NCBI GenBank assembly: GCA_016209225.1
Contig: JACQWO010000025.1
Location: 14,548-78,547, forward strand
Length of the DNA stretch: 64,000 nucleotides
From: Desulfobacterales bacterium
GTDB lineage: Bacteria; Desulfobacterota; UBA8473
Direction of reading: 5' to 3'
The translations under genes were made by a program, and so were the position numbers. Below, one piece after another: positions 18,183-27,839 of the stretch; the stretch's first letter is position 1, and each line of letters opens with the position of its first letter. The notes under the pieces were generated by a model, which had not been told where the DNA came from, ran no database searches, and worked only from the letters and a program-made list of their open reading frames with translations.

Positions 18183-20573
18183 ATGCAGTGCCCGGCGAAA
18201 CCGCTCCATTCTGTGCTCCTGTCTGTGCTGGTCGTGCTTGCGTTCCTCCTGTGCGGGGCGGCCTCCCAGCCGATCTATAAACCCCTCTCTTTACCCTCCC
18301 TGAGCGGGGAACAGCTTACGGGTCTCGACTCCCTCGTGGAAACCGCGATCAGGGAAGGAAAAACCCCGGGCGCCGTTGTCCTTATCGGCAACCGGGAGGA
18401 AATCCTTTACTCCCGCGCCTTAGGTTTCCGGTCACTTGATCCGGAGAAGGTAGCCATGAGCGAGGACACCATTTTCGATCTTGCCTCGCTTACCAAGGTG
18501 ATTGCTACCTCGACCGCGGTCATGCAACTAGCCGAGAAAGGAATCCTCAATATTGACGCTCCGGCAGCGAGGTACTGGCCCGCCTTCGGTAAGAACGGCA
18601 AGAAGCGGATCACGATTCGCCAGCTCCTTACCCATTATTCCGGTCTCCGGGCCAACCTGAAGCTGAAACCGGGCTGGTCCGGATATGAAGCCGCCATGAG
18701 GAAAATCATAGCGGAAAAGCCCTTGCGTCCTCCTGGATCGGGTTTTATCTACAGCGATATGAATTTCGAGGCCTTGGGAGAGATCGTACGCCATGTATCG
18801 GGATTGCCGCTCGATCAGTACTGCGCGCGGCATATCTTCACGCCGCTCGGGATGAAGGAAACGGGATTTAAGATTTCTGCCGACCTCAGGAACCGCATCG
18901 CACCCACGGAGTATCGGAAAAACAGGCTTATCTGTGGAGAGGCACACGATCCCGTATGTTACTTAATGGGAGGGATCGCCGGGCATGCCGGCCTGTTCTC
19001 CAGCGCCGCCGATCTCTCGATCTTCGCGCGTATGCTCCTGCAGGGAGGCGAATACGGAGGTGCCAGAATTCTCTCCCCCCATACCATCGAGACGATGACC
19101 ATCCCCCAGTCTCCGGGAGTCAGGAACGCACGGGGGCTGGGATGGAATATCGAGGCGCCCTTTGCCTCGAACAGGAACGAGCTTCCCTCGGCGGGCGCGT
19201 TCGGACATCTGGGGCACACCGGGACCTCGCTCTGGATTGATCCGGTGACGGGAGTCTACGTGATTTTGCTCACCAACCGGGTACATCCCGACGGCAAGGG
19301 GGACGTGAAGGAGCTCAGGGTGCAGATCAGAGGCCTGATCTCCAGTGCCCTCGGGCCGCTCTCGGAGACGCAGATCCTTGCCAAAAGACCTACCCTTTCC
19401 CGATACTTCGAAAAGATTGGTCACGGGACCTCCGGCCGGCGGGCAGAGATGGTTGCTACGGGTATCGATGTCCTCAAAGAGAGCGGATTTCCCCTCTTGA
19501 AGGGAAAACGTATCGGGCTCATCACGAACCACACGGGTCTTGATTCCTCAGGGACCCGCACGCTCGACCTGCTGCGCAGGGCAAAAGGGATAAGACTAGC
19601 GGCAGTCTTCAGTCCTGAGCACGGCCTGTACGGAGATGCCGACGCAAAGATTGCCTCGCAGCGGGATCCGGCAACGAACCTCACTGTCTACAGTCTTTAC
19701 GGAGACCAGCGGCGGCCCACGCCGAAAATGTTCGCGGGGCTAGACGCCATTGTCTTTGATATTCAGGATGTGGGGGTCCGCTTCTACACCTATATCACCA
19801 CCATGGGATATGCGTTGGAAGCCGCGGCCAAGGCGCGGATTCCTTTCTATGTCCTCGACCGGCCCAACCCCCTTACCGCCATCCGGGTACAGGGGCCGGT
19901 GATGGACAGGGAGATGAAGTCCTTTACCGGATATTTTCCCATGCCGGTGCGCCACGGTATGACCGTAGGAGAGCTGGCAGGACTCTTCAACGGCGAGTAC
20001 GATATTGGGGCGGAGCTGCATGTCGTGAAGATGAAGGGATACCGCCGGGATGCCTGGTTTGACGAGACGGGACTGATGTGGGTAAACCCTTCGCCCAACC
20101 TTAGGAGTATCACGGAAGCCGCTCTCTATCCCGGGGTCGCCATGGTAGAGGGCGCGAATGTGAGCGTCGGCCGGGGGACCAGCACCCCCTTCGAGCTTTT
20201 CGGCGCGCCATGGGTCCGCGGACGGGAGCTTGCGGATTACCTCAATCTCCGGAAAATTGAGGGCGTCGAGTTTCTTCCCGTCGAATTCACACCCGAGAGT
20301 TCCCTCTACAAAGGAAGTACCTGCCGCGGCACGCGCATCCTCCTGAAAGATCGCGGCACACTGGACTCTGGGCTTCTCGGGATCGAGATCATAAGCGCGC
20401 TTTACCGGCTCTTTCCGCAGGATTTCAAGATCGACGAGACGCTCGCCTCGATAGGCTCGCAGCAGATTCTGGAGGCAATCAAGGACGGAGTGAATCCGCG
20501 GACGATTGCGCTCCTGTGGAAGGAGCCGCTCAAACATTTCCTCGGGCTGAGGGAAAAGTACCTGCTTTATTGA
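18183..20573 (+). CDS. Fusion of a beta-lactamase-family serine hydrolase (AmiE-like) and DUF1343 exo-beta-N-acetylmuramidase (NamZ-like)
   Basis: FDLASLTK (SxxK), YSD, GHLGHTG; then GLITNHTG, FSPEHG, DIQDVGVRFYTY, PSPNL. Confidence 0.88.
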   Translation: MQCPAKPLHSVLLSVLVVLAFLLCGAASQPIYKPLSLPSLSGEQLTGLDSLVETAIREGKTPGAVVLIGNREEILYSRALGFRSLDPEKVAMSEDTIFDLASLTKVIATSTAVMQLAEKGILNIDAPAARYWPAFGKNGKKRITIRQLLTHYSGLRANLKLKPGWSGYEAAMRKIIAEKPLRPPGSGFIYSDMNFEALGEIVRHVSGLPLDQYCARHIFTPLGMKETGFKISADLRNRIAPTEYRKNRLICGEAHDPVCYLMGGIAGHAGLFSSAADLSIFARMLLQGGEYGGARILSPHTIETMTIPQSPGVRNARGLGWNIEAPFASNRNELPSAGAFGHLGHTGTSLWIDPVTGVYVILLTNRVHPDGKGDVKELRVQIRGLISSALGPLSETQILAKRPTLSRYFEKIGHGTSGRRAEMVATGIDVLKESGFPLLKGKRIGLITNHTGLDSSGTRTLDLLRRAKGIRLAAVFSPEHGLYGDADAKIASQRDPATNLTVYSLYGDQRRPTPKMFAGLDAIVFDIQDVGVRFYTYITTMGYALEAAAKARIPFYVLDRPNPLTAIRVQGPVMDREMKSFTGYFPMPVRHGMTVGELAGLFNGEYDIGAELHVVKMKGYRRDAWFDETGLMWVNPSPNLRSITEAALYPGVAMVEGANVSVGRGTSTPFELFGAPWVRGRELADYLNLRKIEGVEFLPVEFTPESSLYKGSTCRGTRILLKDRGTLDSGLLGIEIISALYRLFPQDFKIDETLASIGSQQILEAIKDGVNPRTIALLWKEPLKHFLGLREKYLLY

Positions 20574-20731
20574 ACCCGGCAGCCACCGGTTCCTTCATCG
20601 GCGAGATACTGCACCAGTGCTTTTTCTTTTGTCCTTGCAATTTATGGCTCAGGGTGTATACTTATCCAAAAGAGGAAGGCAGGTTTATAATGCCATGACC
20701 TTTTTAAATTTACAGTTAATGAAAGTGAAAA

Positions 20732-21154
20732 ATGAAAAGTCTTAGACGTGGTGGTAAGTTTGGCAAAAAGGATTCAAATATGTCCGATAGAGGGGTTTCA
20801 AAAAGGCCTTCTCGGGGAGGTTTTAGCAGGGGCGGAGGAAGGGATTCGGAAAGGCCTGCTTTTGACAAGCAGATGTACAAGGCTACCTGCCAAAAATGCG
20901 GGGACAACTGCGAGGTTCCGTTTAAGCCTACCGGAGGTAGACCCATCTACTGCCGGGATTGTTTTAGGACAATGGAAGGTTCCGAATCGCCAAGACCAAA
21001 ACAGTTTGGAAAACGCGAATATCCCAGATCAAGGCGTCCCGACAATTTTAAGAAAAGTGAATACTCCGAATCAGCAAGGCCCGATCAATTCAAGAGGGAA
21101 CTGGACCAGATAAACTCAAAGCTGGATAAGATTTTAAGAGCACTGGAAGATTAA
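20732..21154 (+). CDS. CxxC-x17-CxxC zinc-ribbon domain protein
   Basis: ATCQKCGDNCEVPFKPTGGRPIYCRDCF with RG-rich flanks. Confidence 0.85.
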   Translation: MKSLRRGGKFGKKDSNMSDRGVSKRPSRGGFSRGGGRDSERPAFDKQMYKATCQKCGDNCEVPFKPTGGRPIYCRDCFRTMEGSESPRPKQFGKREYPRSRRPDNFKKSEYSESARPDQFKRELDQINSKLDKILRALED

Positions 21155-21210
21155 TAAATCTTATTTTATGACCAAAAAGAAAAGCTTGACGGCTTGTTGC
21201 CCAAACCCAT

Positions 21211-21275
21211 TCATAGCCATATATCTGTTGCACCAGACAGGCCAGAACCGCTCGCTGATGAGTAGCAGGTTGGGC
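21211..21275 (+). other. Degenerate attC-like site preceding the TA-like cassette
   Basis: TCATAGC...CACCAGACAGG...CTGATGAGTAGCAG-G|TTGGGC. Confidence 0.5.
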
Positions 21276-21322
21276 CTAAAATATATTTAATTAATGCCCA
21301 AAATAACATATAATACACATAC

Positions 21323-21571
21323 ATGGTTAAAACCGGATACAAATTCACCGAATACTTTGAGAAAGAGGTTCTGAGAAAACGGCCGTATATAAAAAAAGAA
21401 TGGTGTGTCAGCGTGATAGAACGACCGCTCAGAGTTGAGCCGCAAGAACATAACCGCTTCCGGTTCTGGGGTGTGATTCCAGAACTTGAGGGCCGAATAA
21501 TACGAGTTATTACGTTAAGCGACAAGAAAACCATTCACAATGCATTTCCAGATAGGGGGTTCAAATCATGA
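21323..21571 (+). CDS. Small cassette protein, probable toxin (DUF4258/BrnT-like)
   Basis: RVITLSDKKTIHNAFPDR; ATGA overlap with the DUF2283 gene. Confidence 0.6.
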   Translation: MVKTGYKFTEYFEKEVLRKRPYIKKEWCVSVIERPLRVEPQEHNRFRFWGVIPELEGRIIRVITLSDKKTIHNAFPDRGFKS

Positions 21572-21783
21572 AATTAAACTACTATCCGGAGACCGATTCT
21601 CTATATATAGACCTATCAGAAAAATCAAGTGTAGAGAGTCGCGAGATTTCCGAAGGTGTTGTCCTTGACTATGATGCAGAAGGTATTCTGGTGGGTATCG
21701 ATATCGACAATGCCAGCACAAAAGTCCAGCTAAAAGAGTTAAGCCTTCGAAAACTGCCAGCAGATATAAAGGCAGTGGCATAG
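21568..21783 (+). CDS. DUF2283 protein (probable antitoxin)
   Basis: YYPETDSLYIDL...GVVLDYDAEGILVGIDI. Confidence 0.85.
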   Translation: MKLNYYPETDSLYIDLSEKSSVESREISEGVVLDYDAEGILVGIDIDNASTKVQLKELSLRKLPADIKAVA

Positions 21784-21841
21784 CCAATCAATCCAGCGAA
21801 TCGGCCTTAAATCCGGCCTCCCGCTGATTGCTTCGTTTCCC
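21778..21841 (+). other. attC site
   Basis: GCATAGC (contains the stop codon)-caatc-AATCCAGCG...CGCTGATT-gcttc-G|TT. Confidence 0.7.
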
Positions 21842-21925
21842 CCCTCGCTCCGCTCGGGGGGAATGCGGCGCTGAGCGGTTGTGCCTGCCCTCCGCTTCGC
21901 TCCGGGAGAACCAGGCACAGGAGAC
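21836..21925 (+). mobile_element. Gene-less attC mini-cassette, copy E (3'-truncated)
   Basis: Begins at the TT of the attC G|TT; near-identical to the reverse complement of 48094-48182. Confidence 0.8.
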
Positions 21926-21929
21926 AAAG

Positions 21930-22304
21930 ATGAAAGTTTCGGAACTGTTCGATCCTGCCATCAAGGGAAAGAAATCGGGAACGGAACGGCATCACCTTTT
22001 CCCCAAGAATTATCTGAAGAAAATGAATATAACCGAAATCCGCGATACGAATCAGATCGCCAACTATGCCTTAGTCGAATGGTCCGATAATATCGAAATC
22101 TCCGACAGCTCGCCTGAAGAGTACTTGCCGCAGTATATTGACCGCTTCAGCCTGGATGAACTGAAAGACATGTACTACTGGCACGCTCTGTCGGATGGTT
22201 GGGAAAACATGGCCTATGAGAAATTTCTTAAAACCCGTCGAAATGGGATGGCAAAGGTAATTCGTGACGGATTCCAGAAGTTATGCGACTTGTCCGATCA
22301 ATGA
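21930..22304 (+). pseudogene. C-terminal fragment of a DUF262/DUF1524 (GmrSD-like) nuclease
   Basis: ERHHLFPKNYL...NQIANYALVEWSDNIEISD; N-terminal domain absent. Confidence 0.65.
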
Positions 22305-22419
22305 GGAGGTAAAACATGGAAACCAAGACGTACTTGGGGCCGTTGTTCCTATTTGATCTTTTTCTTGTGTGAGAGGTGGCATATACGAACGCAGAGATCG
22401 GAGAGATTTTTGGAAATAA

Positions 22420-22824
22420 TCAAAACTTTGTAAAGGCTCCTGATATGCTTATCTCTTTCTGTATTCCGTATTTCTCCATCCTCCGACGGAGGCTGTTTCT
22501 GTTTATACCCAGTAATGTAGCTGCTTTAACCTGATTCCCTTTTGTTTTTTCCAGTGCCTTTATTACCAGTATCTTTTCCAGATAAGAGAACGTGTCTAAA
22601 TCTTCTTTTGTCGAGAGGGAAGATGCCACTTTGAGAAGTCTATCTAAAATCCCATTCAACCCATAGTCCAGATTCTCCTCTTCCCTTAAGGAATAAACTC
22701 CGTTCGTATCCTCCTCAAAAGAGATGTCTTCAGGGATGATAATATTACTCTTACATCTAATAATAGCCTTCTTGACAACATTCTCAAGCTCTCTGACATT
22801 GCCGGGCCAATGATAACCCATCAA
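22420..22824 (-). pseudogene. Duplicated 3' end of the sigma54 response regulator gene
   Basis: WPGNVRELENVV plus Fis HTH; 22750-22824 is identical to 28167-28241. Confidence 0.88.
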
Positions 22825-22831
22825 CAGTATT

Positions 22832-23873
22832 TGGGGTCAGGCTTCGGTAATTAGGTATTGACATTCTTATCGTTCTTTGATAGACAGTTATTTATGGCTC
22901 GTAGACCTCGAATTCATTTTCCAGGAGCTTTGTATCATGTCATCACTAGAGGGAATCGAAGACAGGGGATATTCCTTGATGAAAAAGATTTGGAGAAGTT
23001 CCTTGCCTATATTGTGGATTATAAGTCCAGACACTCTTTCCATCTTTATGCTTACGCTTTGATGAAAAATCATCTCCACCTTCTTGTGGAGGTTGAAGAG
23101 ACACCTTTGAGCAAAATCATGCAATCTCTCTTGTTTCGTTATACGCGTTATTTTAATAGGCGATATGGTGAGGTGGGGCATCTTTTTCAGGGACGATATA
23201 AGGCGATTGTGTGTGACAAGGATGCTTATCTTTTAGAATTGGTTCGCTATATTCATTTGAACCCCGTTCGGGCAAAAATTGTGAATATGCCTGAAGATTA
23301 TGGGTGGACTGGTCACCTCAGTTATTTGGGAAGAGGTAGGAATGATTTAATTGATGAGGGTTTTATGTTAGATCAATTGAGCAGGGACATATCTTTGGCG
23401 AGGCGGAGATACCGTCAATTTGTATGGGAAGGGATTGCAAGTGGGCACCAGGAGAAATACTACGAGGTCAAAGATCAGCGGTATCTTGGAGAGGACAGTT
23501 TCATTAATCAGATCGAAGTGGGAAGGAACAAGCCTGAAAGCTGGGTTTATGATGTTCCACTGGAAGCTATATCTCAGGAGGTGAGCAGAGTTACAGGGAT
23601 TACGGAAGAGAGGTTGTACTCTGGGACGAGAGATCGCGAAGGGGCGCGTGGGAGGGGCTTAGTGGCATACTTGGCCAAGACGGTATCGAATTATATGGTG
23701 AAAGATATAGCCAGCCATTTCAAGCGGAGTCCTGTTACTATAGGAGAGGCAATCATCAAGGTTGAAGATATTCTGAAGAGTGATAGTTCATTCGAGAAGG
23801 AGCTAACACGCATGGGGGAGAATCTGATCCAGGGGAGGAAGAGAAAATACCGTATTTCCGTTGCCTGACCCCA
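22832..23873 (+). mobile_element. Y1-HUH (RAYT-like) element 2 with GGGGTCAGGC inverted ends
   Basis: TGGGGTCAGGC at 22832 and GCCTGACCCCA at 23863-23873, overlapping the stop codon. Confidence 0.8.
22894..23868 (+). CDS. REP-associated tyrosine transposase-like Y1 HUH endonuclease with C-terminal HTH
   Basis: YHVITRGN, MKNHLHLL, GHLFQGRYKA, RYIHLNPVRA. Confidence 0.92.
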   Translation: MARRPRIHFPGALYHVITRGNRRQGIFLDEKDLEKFLAYIVDYKSRHSFHLYAYALMKNHLHLLVEVEETPLSKIMQSLLFRYTRYFNRRYGEVGHLFQGRYKAIVCDKDAYLLELVRYIHLNPVRAKIVNMPEDYGWTGHLSYLGRGRNDLIDEGFMLDQLSRDISLARRRYRQFVWEGIASGHQEKYYEVKDQRYLGEDSFINQIEVGRNKPESWVYDVPLEAISQEVSRVTGITEERLYSGTRDREGARGRGLVAYLAKTVSNYMVKDIASHFKRSPVTIGEAIIKVEDILKSDSSFEKELTRMGENLIQGRKRKYRISVA

Positions 23874-23921
23874 TTCTTCTGGACCCCATTCTTCTGCATT
23901 CTTCCTTGACCCCATTCTTCC
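23867..23921 (+). repeat. Tandem reiteration of the element end/flank junction
   Basis: GACCCCATTCTTC three times plus a partial CATTCTTCC. Confidence 0.85.
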
Positions 23922-24047
23922 TAAATTTTTCAATATGTTATGATTCCTCTTTGGCTAACTTTAATAAAGTCCAAAAATCCTTTAAAAATGTGGGGTTACG
24001 TTATTACTTAACGTAGTAGTATTAGTTAATTGCCCGATTCCAGTAAA

Positions 24048-24879
24048 ATGACAAGAAGAGAAACAAAGAATATAACAGGTCTTACCAGGATTGAAGGCAT
24101 TCCCTATCACGATGCGTGGGTAGGTTTTATCTGTCTTTCTTGCGGCTTACTCAATAACATTCGAATCGGGCTTCAGCTTTTAGACCCTAAAACCACATAC
24201 GAAACTGCTGAAATCATACTGGAAGCAATGTAATGCTTGCGGCCGAATTTTGCCCTTTGCTGCATTTAGCAAACATTCAGGGTGGGGGCCACTTGAACGG
24301 CAAATGGAATGCAGGAGCTGTAAAGGCGCAATAAATGCAGTGCTGAATCCGAAACGAACCAGAGAGCAATTACACGAATCATCGGTCAGGAGAAGGATTG
24401 CGGATTTATTGCTGGAAGGGGAAAACGAAACAGTTGATATAGCGGATTTGTTTAAAAGATTTGGCAGTCGTTGCTTTAAGACAAAGCAACTGCTTGATAT
24501 TAAGAAAAGAGATTCTTGGGCGATTGACCATATCTTGCCTTCAAGATGGCTCTATCCCTTGACAAAAGAAAATGCAGCATTGTTATCAACTGAAGCGAAC
24601 AACAATAAACGAGATAAATGGCCAAGTGAGTTTTATACCAACAACGAATTGATTGAACTTGCCAAAATAACTGGAGCAGATTTAGGATTGTTATCCAGCA
24701 AAACCCCTATCATCAATACCGATATCAATGTCGGTAAATGTGTTGAACGGTATTTGCAAGTCAGGGAAAGGTCTCATTTGCCAAAAAGAATTAATGAGTT
24801 GAAGAAAATTCTGAAAGATTACAATCTTGTTGATAAACTCTCTCGAAGGAATAAAAAATTGTTGGGATTTACTAAGTAA
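24048..24879 (+). pseudogene. Zn-finger HNH restriction endonuclease-like gene, frameshifted
   Basis: CLSC, then a frame change to SYWKQCNACGRILPF, ECRSC, IDHILP...ENAALLS..ANNNK; convergent with the methyltransferase. Confidence 0.7.
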
Positions 24880-24882
24880 ATT

Positions 24883-27543
24883 TTACTGCAAAACTAAATA
24901 CTGGTGTGAAGTAACGGTTCCCTTATCACGTATTCCGTGCGATTCGCAATGCTCCACATTTTCCACAAACAAATCAACGATATTGAACCAGCGTTTGCTT
25001 ACCTTTTTTAATTCTTCTGCCATATCGCATTTAATGCTTTTTCCTAAATGCAAAACGCAAACGCCGCCTCGTTTCAGCCGCTCTCTGGATTGTCTGAAGA
25101 TACCTTCATAAATTGCAAAGTCCTTTTTCTGCTTTTCCTCAATATATGAGTTTATCTGATATTTAAAATCATTTTCTGACCATCCGCTAAACCAAATTCT
25201 TATCCAGTTTGCAAGATAAAACCTTGTGCTGTCAAAGAATGGAGGAGAAGTAATAACCGCGTCAAGATTATTTATCTCTTGCGGCCAGATAGATGTTGAA
25301 TCTTGATTATAGATTTTCCCTGGAATAAAATTCAAAGGCAATTCCACTTTCAATGTTCTTTCAACTTTGTCGGTGAGATTTTTGATTAAGTTTTTATAAA
25401 CAAATTCTCCTTGCGGTGCATAAGGGACAATCGGGTGCGACCGTCTGCTCAAGGCATACGGCCTGTTGCCGTGTAGAATATGAAGCAGAGAAGATATTAC
25501 AAGCATTTGGCTTGGATTTTCAGGATAATTAAGTTTTAAAAACCTCCTTGCCAGCAAAATTTCTTTAAGTGTTTTTTCCTCATAATATTCAGCAAGTGTT
25601 TTGTTAAAGCCAAAATGCTTTGCTTCATTCAATTCTTCTTTTGTGCATTTATTTTGCTCTATGAATTCTGCCATCTGCTGAATGTAATTTAAACACTCGT
25701 TTTTTTTATGTATGCTAACCTTAGCAGTTGAAATATAGTAAGCGGGTATGCTGATGTCAAACCCATAAGATCTCCTTCCGTTTAATGCTGCCTCAAAAGG
25801 AACCGTCCCTACTCCCGAAAATGGGTCAAGAACACTGCCGTTTTCCGGGACAAATGTTTTGACAAGGTGATGGGCGATAGATGCCTTTAATTTCCCTTGA
25901 TAAGAGCAAAGGGAATGAAGCGGATTGCCCCAGTTTCTTTTGGAGTATGGGAGTTTTTGGTAGGGCAGGTTATCTTTAAAATGCTCCCAATTCCCCGGAT
26001 TGAAGATTTTTATCTTCTGTTTTTCCTCTGGCATGTATGTTGATTTATTAAATTCTAACACCAGCAGCGTTTGGCTCAATACTTCCTTATTTCTTGACCT
26101 CCGTTTTCTTAAAAGTTTTTTCTCCTTTAATTCATATCCAAGTGCAGCCAATATTTCAATCAGAATATCATCGGTCTTAATGTGAACATCAGCAAAAATA
26201 GAGTCGCCAATATCAATCAAAATTTTTGCTCGGTCTCTTAAGTGTTCTCGCAGATTGGAAAAAATGGCATACATTTCTTCAAAATAACTTTTCGCCATTA
26301 TCGGAATACGTTGGTCATACGATTTTTTATACAGTTTTACAATGGTGTCCTTTAGTAATTTATTTTTAATCATTATGTCCGTTCCGCTGCTGCCCGAAGC
26401 TGCTTTTTTCACATCGTTAATTCCGCTGGTAAGTGCTTGGTCGCGGAAAAGTCGCAAGTCGTCTCCAGACTGGATGTATCGCAGAAACCACAACTCCAGT
26501 TTGGTGTTTCTAAAATAATTTGTCCCGTTAAGATAGGGCGGGCTTGTAATAATAGCGTCAATATTTAAATCATTTACCATATCAATATATTTTGCATTGG
26601 AAAGAATCATCTCCGGTGCCGCCTTTAACACAAATTCCAAATTGAGAATGTCATTGGCTATCTCTTTCAATTTATTTGGTAAAAATTTTCCCAATTCAAC
26701 CTTTGCTTTTTCCAGTTCATTTTTGGTCTTAAACCTAACATCACCCGCCTTTTTCAGAAATGAAACAGGAATTAAGGCAGCCAAAATAGCGATGGTAATA
26801 GTATCCGCCAAAAGTTCATCTTCCAATTTTACAATGTCAATAAATGAGCGTAGACGGAGAATCCGGGTAAAAACATCGTCCTCAAAATATCTGCTGTTGC
26901 CGAAAATGAGACCGTAACTTTTTTTCAAATACTTGTCTTCCTCAAAGTTTTCAATCTTCTCAACGAGTTGCCCTGCAATTTGGGTTACCTTCTCTGCTAA
27001 CTGTTTTCGTATTGTAAAACTTGATTTCAGAATTTTGATTTTTGTATGTATAAGAAATTGAAGAAGTGGATTGATTTCTGAATAAACAGTCTTTATATTT
27101 AATTGGGAGGCGGCAAAAATGGTGGTTCCGGTTCCAATAAATGGATCGTAAATGCAAGCTGCTTTTTTACAATAATTGTTAATAAGAGATTTTACAAACT
27201 CGGGAGAATAACCTTCAATGAAAGGATACCATCTCTGAAAAGGAATTGACTTGCTGCCAATAAAGGTTACATCACGGGGATTAATGATAGAAAATCCGTT
27301 AAGGTTCTTTTTGATTAAGCGTTTGACAACCTGGTTGAGCGACCTTTCCTCTTTCTCAGAAAACAGTGCTAATTGCTTATAACTTTTAATGCCGATTAAT
27401 TCTCTTAACTCCTCGCTGCTCAATTCTTTTATTTTCGTGTAATAGGGCGCTTCCGGCTCGTTGAATGCCAATGTGATTGATTTTTCTTTTGAGTCATCTG
27501 ACGGATAGTCGTCAAAGTAAATGGATTTGAAGTATTGTCCCAT
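24883..27543 (-). CDS. Fused two-domain amino-DNA methyltransferase (probably N4-cytosine)
   Basis: Two motif sets: DPFIGTGTT...TSPPY and DPFSGVGT...TSPPF. Confidence 0.88.
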   Translation of the reverse strand: MGQYFKSIYFDDYPSDDSKEKSITLAFNEPEAPYYTKIKELSSEELRELIGIKSYKQLALFSEKEERSLNQVVKRLIKKNLNGFSIINPRDVTFIGSKSIPFQRWYPFIEGYSPEFVKSLINNYCKKAACIYDPFIGTGTTIFAASQLNIKTVYSEINPLLQFLIHTKIKILKSSFTIRKQLAEKVTQIAGQLVEKIENFEEDKYLKKSYGLIFGNSRYFEDDVFTRILRLRSFIDIVKLEDELLADTITIAILAALIPVSFLKKAGDVRFKTKNELEKAKVELGKFLPNKLKEIANDILNLEFVLKAAPEMILSNAKYIDMVNDLNIDAIITSPPYLNGTNYFRNTKLELWFLRYIQSGDDLRLFRDQALTSGINDVKKAASGSSGTDIMIKNKLLKDTIVKLYKKSYDQRIPIMAKSYFEEMYAIFSNLREHLRDRAKILIDIGDSIFADVHIKTDDILIEILAALGYELKEKKLLRKRRSRNKEVLSQTLLVLEFNKSTYMPEEKQKIKIFNPGNWEHFKDNLPYQKLPYSKRNWGNPLHSLCSYQGKLKASIAHHLVKTFVPENGSVLDPFSGVGTVPFEAALNGRRSYGFDISIPAYYISTAKVSIHKKNECLNYIQQMAEFIEQNKCTKEELNEAKHFGFNKTLAEYYEEKTLKEILLARRFLKLNYPENPSQMLVISSLLHILHGNRPYALSRRSHPIVPYAPQGEFVYKNLIKNLTDKVERTLKVELPLNFIPGKIYNQDSTSIWPQEINNLDAVITSPPFFDSTRFYLANWIRIWFSGWSENDFKYQINSYIEEKQKKDFAIYEGIFRQSRERLKRGGVCVLHLGKSIKCDMAEELKKVSKRWFNIVDLFVENVEHCESHGIRDKGTVTSHQYLVLQ

Positions 27544-27746
27544 AGAAGATTTTCTCTCTGTAATTATGAAAAAACTGATATATTATGATAGTTGTTTCAT
27601 AAAATTTTGTCAACAGTTTTTATTCTTATTCTTGGTGGTGAAAAAAATGGGGGGGTAGAGTGGGGGGTCGCATCTTAGAAAGTTTAGGGACGGTGTCCAA
27701 AATTATCACTTAACAAAACACTTAATTGAGATAAAAAGGTATTATT

Positions 27747-27839
27747 ATGCCCCGACAAGCAAGATTGGATGCGCAGGGAACCCTTCACCATGTGATGATC
27801 CGCGGTATTGAGAGAGGCACGATATTTTGTAATAAATAA
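27747..27839 (+). pseudogene. N-terminal fragment of a Y1-HUH transposase
   Basis: MPRQARLDAQGTLHHVMIRGIERGTIF, similar to the 14484 protein start. Confidence 0.85.

Noticed and set aside
18129..19400. Beta-lactamase resistance gene
   Set aside because: The SxxK hydrolase is fused to DUF1343 in a cell-wall context, which fits an amidase/esterase better
19740..20537. Long antisense ORFs (also 35243-36169, 2535-3143, 18963-19532)
   Set aside because: Shadows of well-supported genes on the opposite strand, with no recognisable motifs
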